DNA of 64,000 nt from Octopus sinensis (lineage: Eukaryota). The notes under the pieces are model-generated. The model was not told the origin of the DNA. It did not search any database and saw only the letters and a list, made by a program, of their open reading frames with translations. The DNA lies in contig NC_042999.1 of assembly GCF_006345805.1 (NCBI RefSeq), positions 36,456,001 to 36,520,000 of the forward strand. Reading direction: 5' to 3'. Positions 26,521 to 39,348 of the stretch are shown here, one piece after another. A program made the translations under genes and the position numbers. How positions within the stretch are numbered: the first letter of the stretch is position 1; each line of letters starts with the position of its first letter.

Positions 26521-26673
26521 AAAGTATGATTATTTAGTGGATATTGAATTTTGTATTAATAAATCATCTTTGATTTTTTTTATTAAAATTCCGGTGACGA
26601 GGATTAACTCTGGATTCTCCGCCCCGTACAGTTCATGAACTTAGAGGGTTTAGATTTGCGATACTATCTCTTT

Positions 26674-26906
26674 AAGGCGGCGAGCTGGCAGAAACGTTAG
26701 CACGCCGGGCGAAATGCTTAGCGGTATTTCGTCTGCGTTACGTTGTGAGTTCAAATTCCGCCGAGGTCGACTTTGCCTTTCATCCTTTCGGGGTCGATAA
26801 ATTAAGTACCAGTTACACACTGGGGTCGATGTAATCGACTTAATACCTATGTCTGTCCTTGTTTGTCCGCTCTGTGTTTAGCCCCTTGTGGGTAATAAAG
26901 AAATAG
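26674..26906 (+). mobile_element. SINE family B, near full length
   Basis: Collinear with 3961-4196. Confidence 0.9.
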
Positions 26907-27431
26907 ATATTATCTCTTTATTTCCTATTGTAGCCGGGCAGATTTACTATCTTACTATAATGGGCATTATGTCCGTCTGTCTGCCTGTCTCTTTGTTCCC
27001 TCTTCATGGTCAGACGGCTGGACCAATGGTTACGCTATTTTTCAGGATTACAAAGACGGTCGTCAGGAAGGTTTGACAGAGCAACCTGAATGCTAAAGGG
27101 TTCAGTGAGGAGTGAAGGCAGTGTCACGACCCTCTACAGGGCCTCTGAGATTGGTGGGAGGGAAGAAGGTATCTTCAAATCAAAGACCTGACCAGGTCTG
27201 AATGCTTGCAGCAGGGTGGACTTCATTAAAAGCACTCAAGATGCCAGGTGATAGTGTTAAACTGGATGATGGGTTAACTCTCATGATACCAACACGTCTG
27301 AGATTACTCTTGGTTCTATGATATATCATATTTTTGTTTTACAGTGATCTAAATTAAAACTTTCTCTCAAAATTTTGTGTTGATCCAAAGGGGTAAAGAT
27401 GAATTTGTGGGGTGTGCTTATTCTATCACAG

Positions 27432-27690
27432 CTATATTTTCTTATTTCTTTATTGCCCACAAGGGGCTAAACATAGACGGGACAAACAAGGACGGGACAA
27501 ACAAGGACAGACAAATGAATTAAGTCGATTACATCAACCCCAGTGCGTAACTGGTACTTATTTAATCGACCTCAAAAGGATGAAAGGTAAAGTCGACCTC
27601 GGCGGAATTTGAACTCAAAACGTAGTGGCAGACGAAATACGCTAAGCATTTTGCCCAGCGGGCTAACGATTCTACCAGCTCGCCACCTTA
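27432..27690 (-). mobile_element. SINE family B
   Basis: Reverse complement of the family B consensus. Confidence 0.9.
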
Positions 27691-27894
27691 TCACAGCTAT
27701 ATTTTCTAATCTGTCTTATATCAGTTTTATTAAGATTGACCAGTATTATTGAGTGAAAGGAGTTCCCTGCTCTCATCAATCATGTAGCAATATCGTTCTC
27801 TCATTGCTATCTTCACTGTTTGAGAAGAGTGTTAAGAATAATCTCGTTCGAGATTACAAACATCTTCGGCTAGTTCAACATTGTTGTAAACACT

Positions 27895-28055
27895 AATTCG
27901 ATTGGCTGACACGTGGTCTCTACTACGTTTGCACCGCTGGTTATCACGTGACGCGATTTGCCTCCGCTTATTTTCGCGCCATAGTTCCAAGCAGCCAATC
28001 ACAGCTTTCCATTTCTGAAGTTCGTTCGGAGCCACATAAACCTTATAAAACAAGG
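27895..28055 (+). promoter_or_regulatory. CpG-rich Pol II promoter-like motif cluster (host promoter or LTR U3)
   Basis: ATTGG 27901, CACGTG 27910 and 27945, TTTTCGCGCC (E2F-like) 27971, CCAAT 27995, TATAAAA 28044. Confidence 0.5.
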
Positions 28056-29164
28056 GTTCTCAGACAAGTATTCGTCTTAGGTTTCTAGTCCTTCTCAGGG
28101 CGAACCTCTGACCACACAGAGCATACTCGACCAAGTTCCAGTTCGAAAGGCAGGCGACCACCATTAATACAAGATGTTACAGATACCTCTCATACTGTTA
28201 GTGTAAAAATATCACCACGAAAAGAACGGTTACAGGATATCTATAACTAGAGAAAAATAACCAATAATGAAGACGCAGCGAAAACCAAGCGACAGACACA
28301 ACTCATCGCCAAACATCGAAGATTTAATTTGTACACAAGACAACTACAGATTCAGCTATAGCGGTTAGGTGAAAATCTCACCACGGAAAAAACGGCTACA
28401 GTTAACACATCTGGAAGTATATTCATATCAAGAGAAAGATAAACACAACGAGTGATTCAATTAATCTCAACTACGAGACGCAACATCTTGATATGGAACT
28501 CTTACACTGTACCTCATAAACGGTAAATCAATTATCTGTTCTTGAGTTCTAGTTTCTTCTAAGAACTACCTTAAGCCATCTGTTATTACCTGTTGCCAGG
28601 CCGATACCAACAACATGAACTGTGAACCAAATTCCATCGTCATTTCACCGGGCAGTACCTTTTACGCCCCATGAACACACAGACACAAAAACATGCTAAC
28701 ACTTACAAACTTCCAACATCAAGCATGATTGTAAAATATGTCAAATAAATAATGTATATATCTCAAAAAGAAATCTTGTCGTCATTCCACTTATGTGTTT
28801 TGCCGCTGCATGTATTATCTGGTCAGTAAATACTCATTAAGAATGGGATCGCGTGCGACTGTGTCTCTTATACGATACGACCGTATGTGATCCTATTTTT
28901 ATAATCAGTAAGTCAGCAGTTATCTTCCTCCTCAGCTTATGTCATACAACTTATAGTTTATTTGGTAGAGATCCTTGTTTTTGTAAGATTTGATGAATGA
29001 ATCTTCCAATTTCTTGATAGCTACCATCTTATATACAATGGCCATCTGGAATTTGTGGTGAAACTTCCTGTTTTTTACATCTTTATAAGAGTAAACTAGA
29101 GGTAGGCCTGTTAGAAATCTATAACTAACGGCACTATTGTTCACAGAATGCATTTTATAATATT

Positions 29165-30035
29165 GGTTTCAAATTTAGGCACAAGGCCAGTAGTTTGCAG
29201 GGAGGGACTAAGTTGATTGAATCGACCCAAGTACTCAACTGGTACTTATTTTATCAACCCCAGAAATATGGAAGGCAAAAGTCAACCTTGGCGGAATTTG
29301 AACTCAAAAAGTAATGATGTATGAAATGTCACTAAGCATTTTGCATGCTAATGTTTCTTATTTCTTTACTGCCCACAAGGGGCTAAATATAGAGGGGACA
29401 AACAAGGACAGACAAAGGGATTAAGTCGATTACATCGTCCCCAGTGCGTAACTGGTACTTATTTAACCGACCTCGAAAGGATGAAAGGCTAAGTCGACCC
29501 TGGTGGAATTTGAACTCAGAACGTAGCGGCAGACGAAATACCGTTAAGCATTTCACCCGGTGTGCTAATGTTTCTGCCAGCTCGCCGCCCTAATGCATGT
29601 CAGTATTGGTTTCAAGTTTTGGTACAAGGCCAGCAATTTTCAGGTGAAGAAGTAAGTCAAATTAATCCCAGTGCTCAACTAGAACTTATTTTATTGACCC
29701 CACCAGAAGGATGAAAGGTAAAGTTGACCTCAGGAGAATTTGAACTCAGAACATAAAGTCAGATAAAATGCCTCTAAGCACTTTGCCCATTCCATGAATG
29801 ATTCTACCTTAATGCATATCATAATATTAAATATATATTTCTTTACTACCCACAAGGGGCTATATACAGAGGGGACAAACAAGGACAGACAAACAGATTA
29901 AGTCGATTATATCGACCACAGTGCGTAACAGGTACTTAATTTATCGATCCCGAAAGGATGAAAGGCAAAGTTGAACTCGGAACGTAACGACAGACGAAAT
30001 ACGGCTACGCATTTCGCCCAGCATGCTAATGTTTC
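29165..30035 (-). mobile_element. Cluster of 3-4 nested/adjacent SINE family B copies
   Basis: Repeated gatgaaagg(c/t)aaagt(c/t)gacc...ggaatttgaactca at ~29270, ~29480, ~29710 and ~29957. Confidence 0.85.
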
Positions 30036-30258
30036 TACATAAAAAAATAACTGACTGTAGTTGGTTTCTTCTTCATTCTCAGCTTCAAATATTTTTTTCA
30101 CATTTCTGAAAGTTAATAGGGAATAATGAAGAATTTTTTGCATTCCTTTGCTTTTTGCCATTCACTGTTACAGTGTTCTCTTTTCAAATTCAAAGTTAAC
30201 CAGGTGAGACATTCTGTATCTAGCAAAACATTATGCAAGATTTGTTTGCAAAACATAC

Positions 30259-30417
30259 CTGATGTAATAGATTCATTTGGATGTCTTTTTATCTGGGCTT
30301 TGTATTCATTAATTTTGAGTTGTTTATTCATTAAGTTGGTTGAGTGATGACTTCTGGTATTGTGGAAGGTTGTGTTGTAATTTCATTAACACTAATAATT
30401 TCCATGGAATCATTTGG
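30259..30417 (-). other. Candidate exon with strong splice sites but a 1-nt frame break
   Basis: Acceptor ttttttctttctttcag, donor CAG|gtatgt. Reads PNDSMEIISVNEITTQPSTIPEVITQP, then in another frame NLMNKQLKINEYKAQIKRHPNESITS. Confidence 0.3.
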
Positions 30418-30554
30418 CTGAAAGAAAGAAAAAAACTCAAAACTTGTTGCAGTTTGCTGTCCTTTAGATGGATTTCAATCTCTTTGAGTCTTTCCTTACT
30501 TTTTTCTCATCCTTATTTATGATGGTACAATTGATATACATATACATATATATC

Positions 30555-30750
30555 AACACCATCATCATCCTTTAACACTCATTTTACATGCTGGTAAGGA
30601 TTGGATGGTTTGAATAGAGCTGGGAAGCAGGAGAGCAGCACCAGGTTCCAGTCCAGTCTAATTTGACTTGGTTTCTACAGCTGGGTGCCCTTCCTAATAC
30701 CAACCACATTACAGTGTATACTGGGTGCTTTTAATGTGGAGCCAGCATAG
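30555..30750 (-). mobile_element. Retroposon family D fragment
   Basis: catcatcatcctttaacactc...gggtgcccttcctaataccaacc. Confidence 0.75.
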
Positions 30751-30763
30751 GCGCTTTTAAGTG

Positions 30764-30829
<66 letters not shown>

Positions 30830-31246
30830 ATATAATCATCATGATATACAAGAAAAACAATAAATTGGAGAGAAATAATGTGAAAGAAATGTTTTGTAAA
30901 TATTTCCATAGTCTTCAAATAGTCTGTCTGTCTGTCTGTCTGTCTCTCTCTTTGGTTTAAGCTCCAGCTTAAACCATGAATTCTCTGTACTCATTAAAAC
31001 TATTCTTTCATGTTTACTACTACCTACCTACCTACTAAGCATTTACAAAGTAAGAGAGAGAGACAGACAGACAGACTATTTAGAGAGTATGGAAATATTT
31101 ACAAAACATTTCACTTAATTTTTTTCTCAAATTTAAATGTTTTGAATATTTTACTCTTATTTGAAGAAGTCTATAAAAGGGAACAGGTACTAAAATTTAC
31201 TTCATGATAAAATTATTTTAGCATTTTCAACCTTGTCTTATCTTCC

Positions 31247-31320
31247 TTATATATATATATGTATATATATATGTATATATATATAATACATATATATAAT
31301 ATATATATATATATTATATG

Positions 31321-31376
<56 letters not shown>

Positions 31377-31410
31377 ATATATATATATATATATATGTTA
31401 TATATATATG

Positions 31411-31463
<53 letters not shown>

Positions 31464-31723
31464 GTATATATATATATATGTATATATATATGTATATATA
31501 TATACATATTATATATATATACATACATATATATATATATGTATATATAGATATATATATTATATATATATATTATATATGTAATGTATATATATATTAT
31601 ATATATATAGTATATGTATATATATATTATATTATATATATGTATATGTATATATATATGTATATTATATATATGTATATATATACATATATATATATAT
31701 AATATATATATACATACATATAT

Positions 31724-31772
<49 letters not shown>

Positions 31773-31817
31773 TATATATATATATTATATATATATATAT
31801 ATTATATATATATACAC

Positions 31818-31880
<63 letters not shown>
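31247..31880. repeat. Long imperfect (TA)n microsatellite (~630 bp)
   Basis: Direct reading. Similar arrays lie at 36180-36640, 37660-37890, 42400-42630, 45925-46700 and 63850-64000. Confidence 0.97.
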
Positions 31881-31882
<2 letters not shown>

Positions 31883-32039
31883 GAACAATTAACAATTATC
31901 TAGTTATATATATATATATATAATAACTAGATAATTGTTAAACAATTGTTCCCATTGAAATTTTTACTGCTTTAATGCATGTAACTTTTGCTGATTCACT
32001 AAGTATGGAAAGAAGTTCTCGTTCATGTGTGAATTATTA

Positions 32040-32429
32040 TCTCTCTATATATAAAGCTGAAGTTGTCTGTGTATGGCAGGTTTGGTAGTCTTCAACTAAC
32101 ACTATCTCCTCCGAGACCCTGCGACGTAAGTTGACCAAAGTTGAAAGTATGATAGAAGAAGGCTTGCTCTTCCTTCTGTGGAAGAAAAAATTCAAATCGG
32201 ACCATATCAACACCAAAAATTATTTACATCAAAAAGGTGCTTTTTTCTATGAAAATCCTTATTTTTACGATTTTTTGACTGCTGTGTGGCCATTTTTCGG
32301 TGTATTTCAACAATAAAAATGTTCACTTAAAGAGAATAACAAGCTACATAATGCAAAATTTTTACTTTTCAAAAATTTCAATTCTAAAGGGTCGAAACAA
32401 ACCAGAGCAACGCCGGGCGATACTGCTAG
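32040..32429 (+). mobile_element. Non-autonomous Helitron, different interior, same 3' terminus
   Basis: a|TCtctctatatataaagctgaagttgtctg ... agcaacgccgggcgatactgCTAG|t. Confidence 0.85.
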
Positions 32430-33191
32430 TTACACATAAAAATGAGTTGTACCTTATTATTATAACTGTATTATTGACTTTGTTCCAGGACTAGGTGGCG
32501 TATTGAGTTCATGGACAAAGCACTTCATTTCACATTATCCTAACTCACTGAAAATGAGTACCAGCAACAGCTGGGCGTTAACCTTTCGAAGGACTAGCAA
32601 ACCATTTCAATGGGATATTGTACTCTCTATCACTTACATATCTTGGAAACTAGAATAGCTTCTGGCCTAATGAACATGTTGGACCATGACAGACCTAAGA
32701 ACTACAATTATTGACTTCAATACAATATTATTTAGTCAATAATACATCCATAATAACATCTCATTGTTTCTGTTTATACATTTTCTATTATTTGTATTTA
32801 AAAAAATCATTATCATAAAACTGACTGAATGTGGAAGGCTGTTTATATTCAAATATATAATGAATAATACGTCTGTGAATGAGTTGTGCCTTATTTATAT
32901 ACAGTACTAATATAAGCATAACAAAAACACAAAACACACTGAATGAAGAAGGTTTTCTATATTTATATGTATAATTAATAACAGGCACCTATAATAAGTT
33001 GTACCTTATCCTTTGTGTATAGTACTAATATAAGCATAACAATAACACAAAACTCACTGTGTGTGGCAGGTTGTTTTCCATTGATATATTTATTATGTAA
33101 CTCACTGTTAAACATAAACAAATATACAGAAGCAAATACAACCATGCCTAACACTTATGATGCAGAATAGAGTTTTCTGTAATCTCATGTG

Positions 33192-33238
<47 letters not shown>

Positions 33239-34094
33239 ATGTGTATGTGGCATTATGTATAGTAGAAGTAAAGCTATAGTGACAATTTCTCAAAATAGAT
33301 TCTGTGAAAAAAATTTTAGTGTTCTTTGAGACGAGGTGTCTTTTAATAAAATTTGGTAAAAAAATTTATTATAAATGCTATTCAATATTTTCTAAATATT
33401 AAGTTAATATGTCTCAAATATATGGTGGCCAACATTCAGAATTGTTAGGATGTTATGCAAAATGTTTAGTGGAATTTTGTCTGTTTTTACATTCTGAGTT
33501 CAAATTCCACCAAGGTTGACTTTGCCTTGAGGTTGATGTAATCAACTTACACCCTCCCCTGAAATTGAAACCATTATATGTGTCGAGTATTATTTTTGCT
33601 TCTCAAATACAATTCTCTCGAATCACAAGTGTAGCCAGAAAGGGCGCTTGGAGGGCACCACTTTCGGGTCTGTTGTTCGCAATATGCATTTTTTGTGAGA
33701 GCCCAGGGGCAGCAAACTGAAGGGCTGCACACACTCTAGCTATGCTAGAGTCTCAAATGCAGTTTTGTTTCATTTCATAATAGATGCAGGCATGACTGTG
33801 GCTTTAGATGTTCACTATCCCAGGTCCATTCCCGTTGTGTGACACTTTGCGTAAGTGTCTTCAACTATAAACCAGAGCCAACCATAGCCTTGTAGTGGTT
33901 TTGGTAGATGGAAGCCTACCATGTTGTGTTCATCTATCAGAGAGACAAGGACCACCTAGTCATCCTTAAGAATAATTGATAACTTGCATGGTGATTTTGT
34001 TTTAAGTGAAGAAGAGGTCTACACCATCAACATCACTCACTCATCCATGACTACTTTCAATCTAGTGGCAAAATCATCTTAAGACAGATGCAGT

Positions 34095-34279
34095 GCACTA
34101 GCATAGCTAGGGTGTATGCCACCCAGGGTGGCCCTTCAGTTTTCCACCCCCAGGCCCCCACAAAAAATACATATTGCTTACAGGAGACCCAAAAGTGATG
34201 TTGCCCCACATAAAAGTGCCACCCAGGGTGGACAGCTCCTGCTCCCTTCCCCCAACTCCCCCCTCTAGCTACACTAGTG
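34095..34279. mobile_element. Small MITE, probably hAT-type; an inverted degenerate sister copy lies at ~33630-33750
   Basis: TIR cactagcatagctaggg / ccctctagctacactagtg. The sister copy shares cccttcagttt...cacaaaaaat(a/g)catattgc...gaccc.aaagtg in opposite orientation. Confidence 0.6.
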
Positions 34280-34502
34280 ATGCAGTAGATGACCAAGACG
34301 TTTTACTTGCCTCATCTTGCTCTCCACACTTCACGATGTATTGTTGCAGCCACCTTCCTCTCCGTTGAACTCTGAAGAATTCTTCCAGAGTATCTGTTGA
34401 CCCTGTCTTCACATGCATATGAAGGCAAGCCCTAATATGCTAATTAACCCATAGCTAGAACCCTAACAGGTGTACTATTCAAGGTCAGAGTAGACCTGAG
34501 AA

Positions 34503-34886
34503 GTGGAGGCGCAATGGCCCAGTGGTTAGGGCAGTGGACGCACGGTCATAGGATCGCGGTTTCGATTCCCAGACCGGGCGTTGTGAGTGTTTATTGAGCG
34601 AAAACACCTAAAGCTCCACGAGGCTCCGGCAGGGGATGGTGGTGATCCCTGCTGTACTCTTTCACCACAACTTTCTCTCACTCTTACTTCCTATTTCTGT
34701 TGTACCTGTATTTCAAAGGGCCGGCCTTGTCACTCTCTGTGTCACGCTGAATATCCCCAAGAACTACGTTAAGGGTACACGTGTCTGTGGAGTGCTCAGC
34801 CACTTACACGTTAATTTCACGAGCAGGCTGTTCCGTTGATTCGGATCAACCGGAACCCTCGTCGTCGTAACCGACGGAGTGCTTCC
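34503..34886 (+). mobile_element. SINE family C, tail type 1, full length
   Basis: Head gtggaggcgcaatggcccagtgg, tail gacggagtgcttcc. 11-bp TSD agacctgagaa. Confidence 0.95.
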
Positions 34887-35283
34887 AGACCTGAGAACAA
34901 TAATGGCTAAGATGTGGTTCCATGCTCCTCAAAACCCTGGAACTCCCAAACCAGGGCTCTATTACTAGAAGCAATTTATATATCCAGAGAGGATGTGTGT
35001 GTGTGTGTGTGTGTGCATATGTGCATGCATGCATGTGAGTGCTAACACCATGAGAAAAAGCATCCAATTTCCTATTTCCAATCACTCAGTAATGTGGTTG
35101 GCAATAGAAAGACATCAAGACATACGAGGCCCCAAGCCGAATGATCAAGCCATTACAAGCATCAGGCTACGAGAACAATGACCCTGAATAATAAATTACA
35201 CAGACTGGTAACCCAGCCAACCCATGCCAGCATAAAGAGCAAATACAAAATGATGATGGTACTACTGGTGCTGCTGCTGCTGT

Positions 35284-35332
<49 letters not shown>

Positions 35333-36198
35333 GGCGGCGGCGGCGGCGGCGGCGGTGGTGGTGGTGGTGGTGGCGGTGGTGATGGTATATTATCTGTCAT
35401 TTGCATTATCAATAATAATCTGTTATCTGCAAACTCTGTAATGTCTAAACACGTAATATCCATCAAGCTGTCTCATCTGCAACAATCAGTTAACATGCTA
35501 TGTTACATTACTTTTCACAATGTATTGGTGTTGGTGTTGGTGTTGATGGTGGTGGTGGTGGTGGTGGTGGTGGGAATTTCATTGCAAACACTATATTGTG
35601 TCATCGACTAGACTACCTTGTCCATAATAATATATATTTTCAGTTTGTCTTATACTATTCATTGTTTTATATTACTCATCACCCATCACCAATGTAGTAG
35701 CTTTTATCTTTTATCTTTTATTTGCCTCAGTCTCTTTGGACTGCGGCCATGCTGGAGCACCACCTTGAAGGGTTTTAGTCAAACAAATTGATCTCTGTTA
35801 TTTATTTTTTTTTTTTTAAAGTCTGTTATTTATTCTATCAGTCTCTTTTTGCTAAACCGCTATAGTTACAGGGACGTAAACAAACTAACATCGGTTGTCA
35901 AGCTGTAGTGGTGGTGGGGACAAATACAACACAAATATAAAGAGACACTCATAAGTTTTTTTTATTTTTTATATATTGTCTTTTATTTGTTTCAGTCATT
36001 AGACTCTGGCCATGCTGGGGCACTGCCTTCAAACAAATCAACCCCAGTAATTTTCTTCTTTTTTTTTTCTTGAAGTCAGGTACTTATCCTATTGGTCTCT
36101 TTTGCCAAACTACTAAGTTATAGGGATGTAAATAAACCAACAGTTGTTGTCAAGCAGTGGTGGTAGGGGACAAATAAGACAAATATTATATATATATA

Positions 36199-36272
<74 letters not shown>

Positions 36273-36350
36273 ATATATATATATATACATACATACATAC
36301 ATACATACATACATACATACGTACGTACATACATACACACATATATATAC

Positions 36351-36420
<70 letters not shown>

Positions 36421-36421
36421 C

Positions 36422-36453
<32 letters not shown>

Positions 36454-36456
36454 TAT

Positions 36457-36506
<50 letters not shown>

Positions 36507-36597
36507 CATACACACACACATGTATACATACATACACACACACACACACATACACACACACACACACACACATACACACATATATATATATAACATA

Positions 36598-36633
<36 letters not shown>

Positions 36634-36732
36634 TGTATATGTATATATAATTAAGATTCAGTTGAATTAGGTACTTAAATTGAGGCACCAAGCCAGTTTA
36701 GTATAGTCCACACAGCTCCGAGTTAGGTGAAC

Positions 36733-37319
36733 AGAATGTAAATAAGTAACAAAGATGTCCAGGTATCAATACATTATGTCTGTTTTGAACAGCTCCATTT
36801 AATCAATCAACGAAAACATTGCATCAATTTGAAAGAAACTGCCCTCCTCAGAAGTATATGACCATATAGATTTCCAACATAAAGTATAAACCATTTTCTA
36901 GAAACACAGTTGACGACTCCCAATGGATTTAATTCTAAATGGTTGTATATTACATGCTGCTTAAAACCTTCTAAATATAAATAACTATTTCATCACTCCT
37001 ATATTTACCCCCCCCCCGCCACTATTTTCCTCTGCTACTCTCTAAAAATAGTAGGCTTAATAAGATATGCATTTTTTAAAAAACTTATTCTGCCACAAAT
37101 ATAACATAAGGAAACAATGTAATTATTTTGGTTTCCAGTATAGATATAAATTTGTTAAAAATTATTTATCCTTTATGTTGAAAATCTATTTGGTCATCTA
37201 TGTCTAAGGAGAATGGTTTCTTTCAAATTTATGTAATGTTCTCATTGATCGATTAAATGGAGCTGCTTGAAACAGCCATATTGTATTGATACCTGGACAT
37301 CTTTGTAACTTATTTACAT

Positions 37320-37322
<3 letters not shown>
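36733..37322. mobile_element. MITE-like element with ~105-bp imperfect TIRs (duplicate at 40508-41077)
   Basis: agaatgtaaataagtaacaaagatgtccaggtatcaatac... vs ...gtattgatacctggacatctttgtaacttatttacattct. Confidence 0.8.
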
Positions 37323-37380
<58 letters not shown>

Positions 37381-37388
<8 letters not shown>

Positions 37389-37663
37389 ACCGACCAGACC
37401 ATCAGATGTTGCTTCACATCACTGGTCACAATGCATTCGCATTGCTTTAGCCTTCGAATGACGCCACCCCACTGGCTAAGCGAGCAGGCCAACAGACGAA
37501 AGAGTGGTGAAAGAGTACAGCAGGGATCACCATCCCCTGCCAGAGCCTCGTGGAGGTTTTAGGTGTTTTCACTCAATAAACACTCACAACGCCCGGTCTG
37601 GGAATCGAAACCACGATCCTACGACTGCGAGTCCGCTGCCCTAACCACTGGGCCATTGCGCCT

Positions 37664-37666
<3 letters not shown>
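37381..37666 (-). mobile_element. SINE family C, tail type 2 (duplicate at 42113-42397)
   Basis: atcacgtgaccgaccagacc...gggccattgcgcctcca. Confidence 0.9.
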
Positions 37667-37700
<34 letters not shown>

Positions 37701-37706
37701 TATATA

Positions 37707-37770
<64 letters not shown>

Positions 37771-38603
37771 GTATGTATATATACATATATATATATATAC
37801 ATATATATATTAATATAATAATATATATATATATGCATATATACATATGTATATGTACATACTTACATCTATACATATATATATGCATATGTGGGCACAG
37901 GATGTCACGAAAGGTGTACAAAAAAAATACAAAGTACAAGTACATGGAACATGAACTATTCTTTCAAACAATGAAAGACACAAATGGGAAACAAAACAAG
38001 CAACATAAAGAACGACCCTTCATCCGTTGTTGGCTCCTTTTCTAGTCTTGTATTTCAAGCATTTAACAACACTATACGCTTTCGATAAAACAGTTGCTCC
38101 TGCAAGGCAAATTAAATAAAATTTGGGATTTTGCGGAGGGTCAAAATTGGTAACACAAACAGGACAGTGAAAACAAACAGGAAGGGCTGCTAAACCTAAA
38201 CAAGGTCGTGGTGGCGAATGTGTAAATCAAGCTTGGACAGGAGACATACAAAAAGCACATCTTCCTTGCTCCAGCTACAACGGAGAGAAAGAAAGAAACA
38301 CAAGTTTGGAGAAGAAAGAAAGATGGCCGATGGTTATGTGGGAGCCACGTGAGCAATGGAGGAGGAGTGAGGGAGAGAGAGTGACAGAGTAATAGGAGAG
38401 AATAGTGGGAGAAGAGGAGGAAAAAGAATAAGAGAGAGAACGAGAAAAACAAAAGAGTAAAATGATCAAATAGTGTGCGCATCATATTATAAATATATGT
38501 ATATTCTTGTAATTGTCATTTTAGTAAATAAATAAATAAGCTGACATTATATAATGCCTAAAAGTTGATGAACCACTTATTGATCCCCTCCATTTTCTTA
38601 TTG

Positions 38604-38683
<80 letters not shown>

Positions 38684-38959
38684 CATACATACATACATAC
38701 ATACATGCACACACACAAATATATATATATATGTATACACATGCACAGATATATATATATATACACACATACTACTATCATCATCATCATTTAACATTTG
38801 TTTTCCATGCTGGCATGGGTTGGACATATATATACATATTTAAGTTTCTGTGTCTCAAATCTACTCACAAGGATTTGACCAGCCTAAGGCTATTGTAGAA
38901 GACACTTCCCCAAGGTGCTACACAGTGGGACTGAACCCAGAACCATGTAGTTGTGAAGT

Positions 38960-39348
38960 GGATGGAAGCACTCCGTCGGTTACGACGATGAGGGTTCCGG
39001 TTGATCCGAATCAACGGAACAGCTTGCTCGTGAAATTAACGTGTAAGTGGCTGAGCACTCCACAGACACGTGCACCTTTAACATAGTTCTCAGGGATATT
39101 CAGCGTGACACAGAGTGTGACAAGGCCGGCCCTTTGAAATACAGGCACAACAGAAACAGGAAGTAAGAGTGAGAGAAAGTTATGGTGAAAGAGTACAGCA
39201 GGGATCACCACCATCCCTACCGGAGCCTCGTGGAGCTTTTAGGTGTTTTCGCTCAATAGACACTCACAAACGCCCGGTCTGGGAATCGAAACCGCGATCT
39301 TATGACCGCGAGTCCGCTGCCCTAACCACTGGGCCATTGCGCCTCCAC
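38960..39348 (-). mobile_element. SINE family C, tail type 1, inserted into a SINE A head (duplicate ~43708-44088)
   Basis: 11-bp TSD agttgtgaagt splits the SINE A sequence aaccatgt|...|aagcttcttaacacacaacc. Confidence 0.95.

Noticed and set aside
31247-31892. Long Y/I-rich ORFs (also ~36.1-36.7, 37.6-38.0, 42.3-42.8 and 45.8-46.6 kb)
   Set aside because: Translations of (TA)n microsatellites.
34503-34575. tRNA-like sequences with A and B boxes
   Set aside because: They are heads of SINEs with bodies, tails and TSDs, not tRNA genes.
34636-34839. Recurrent 67-aa ORF MVVIPAVLFHHNFLSLLL... (five copies in the track) and MPKVP.SGTEP... ORFs
   Set aside because: Fall inside SINE families C and A; they recur because the SINE does.
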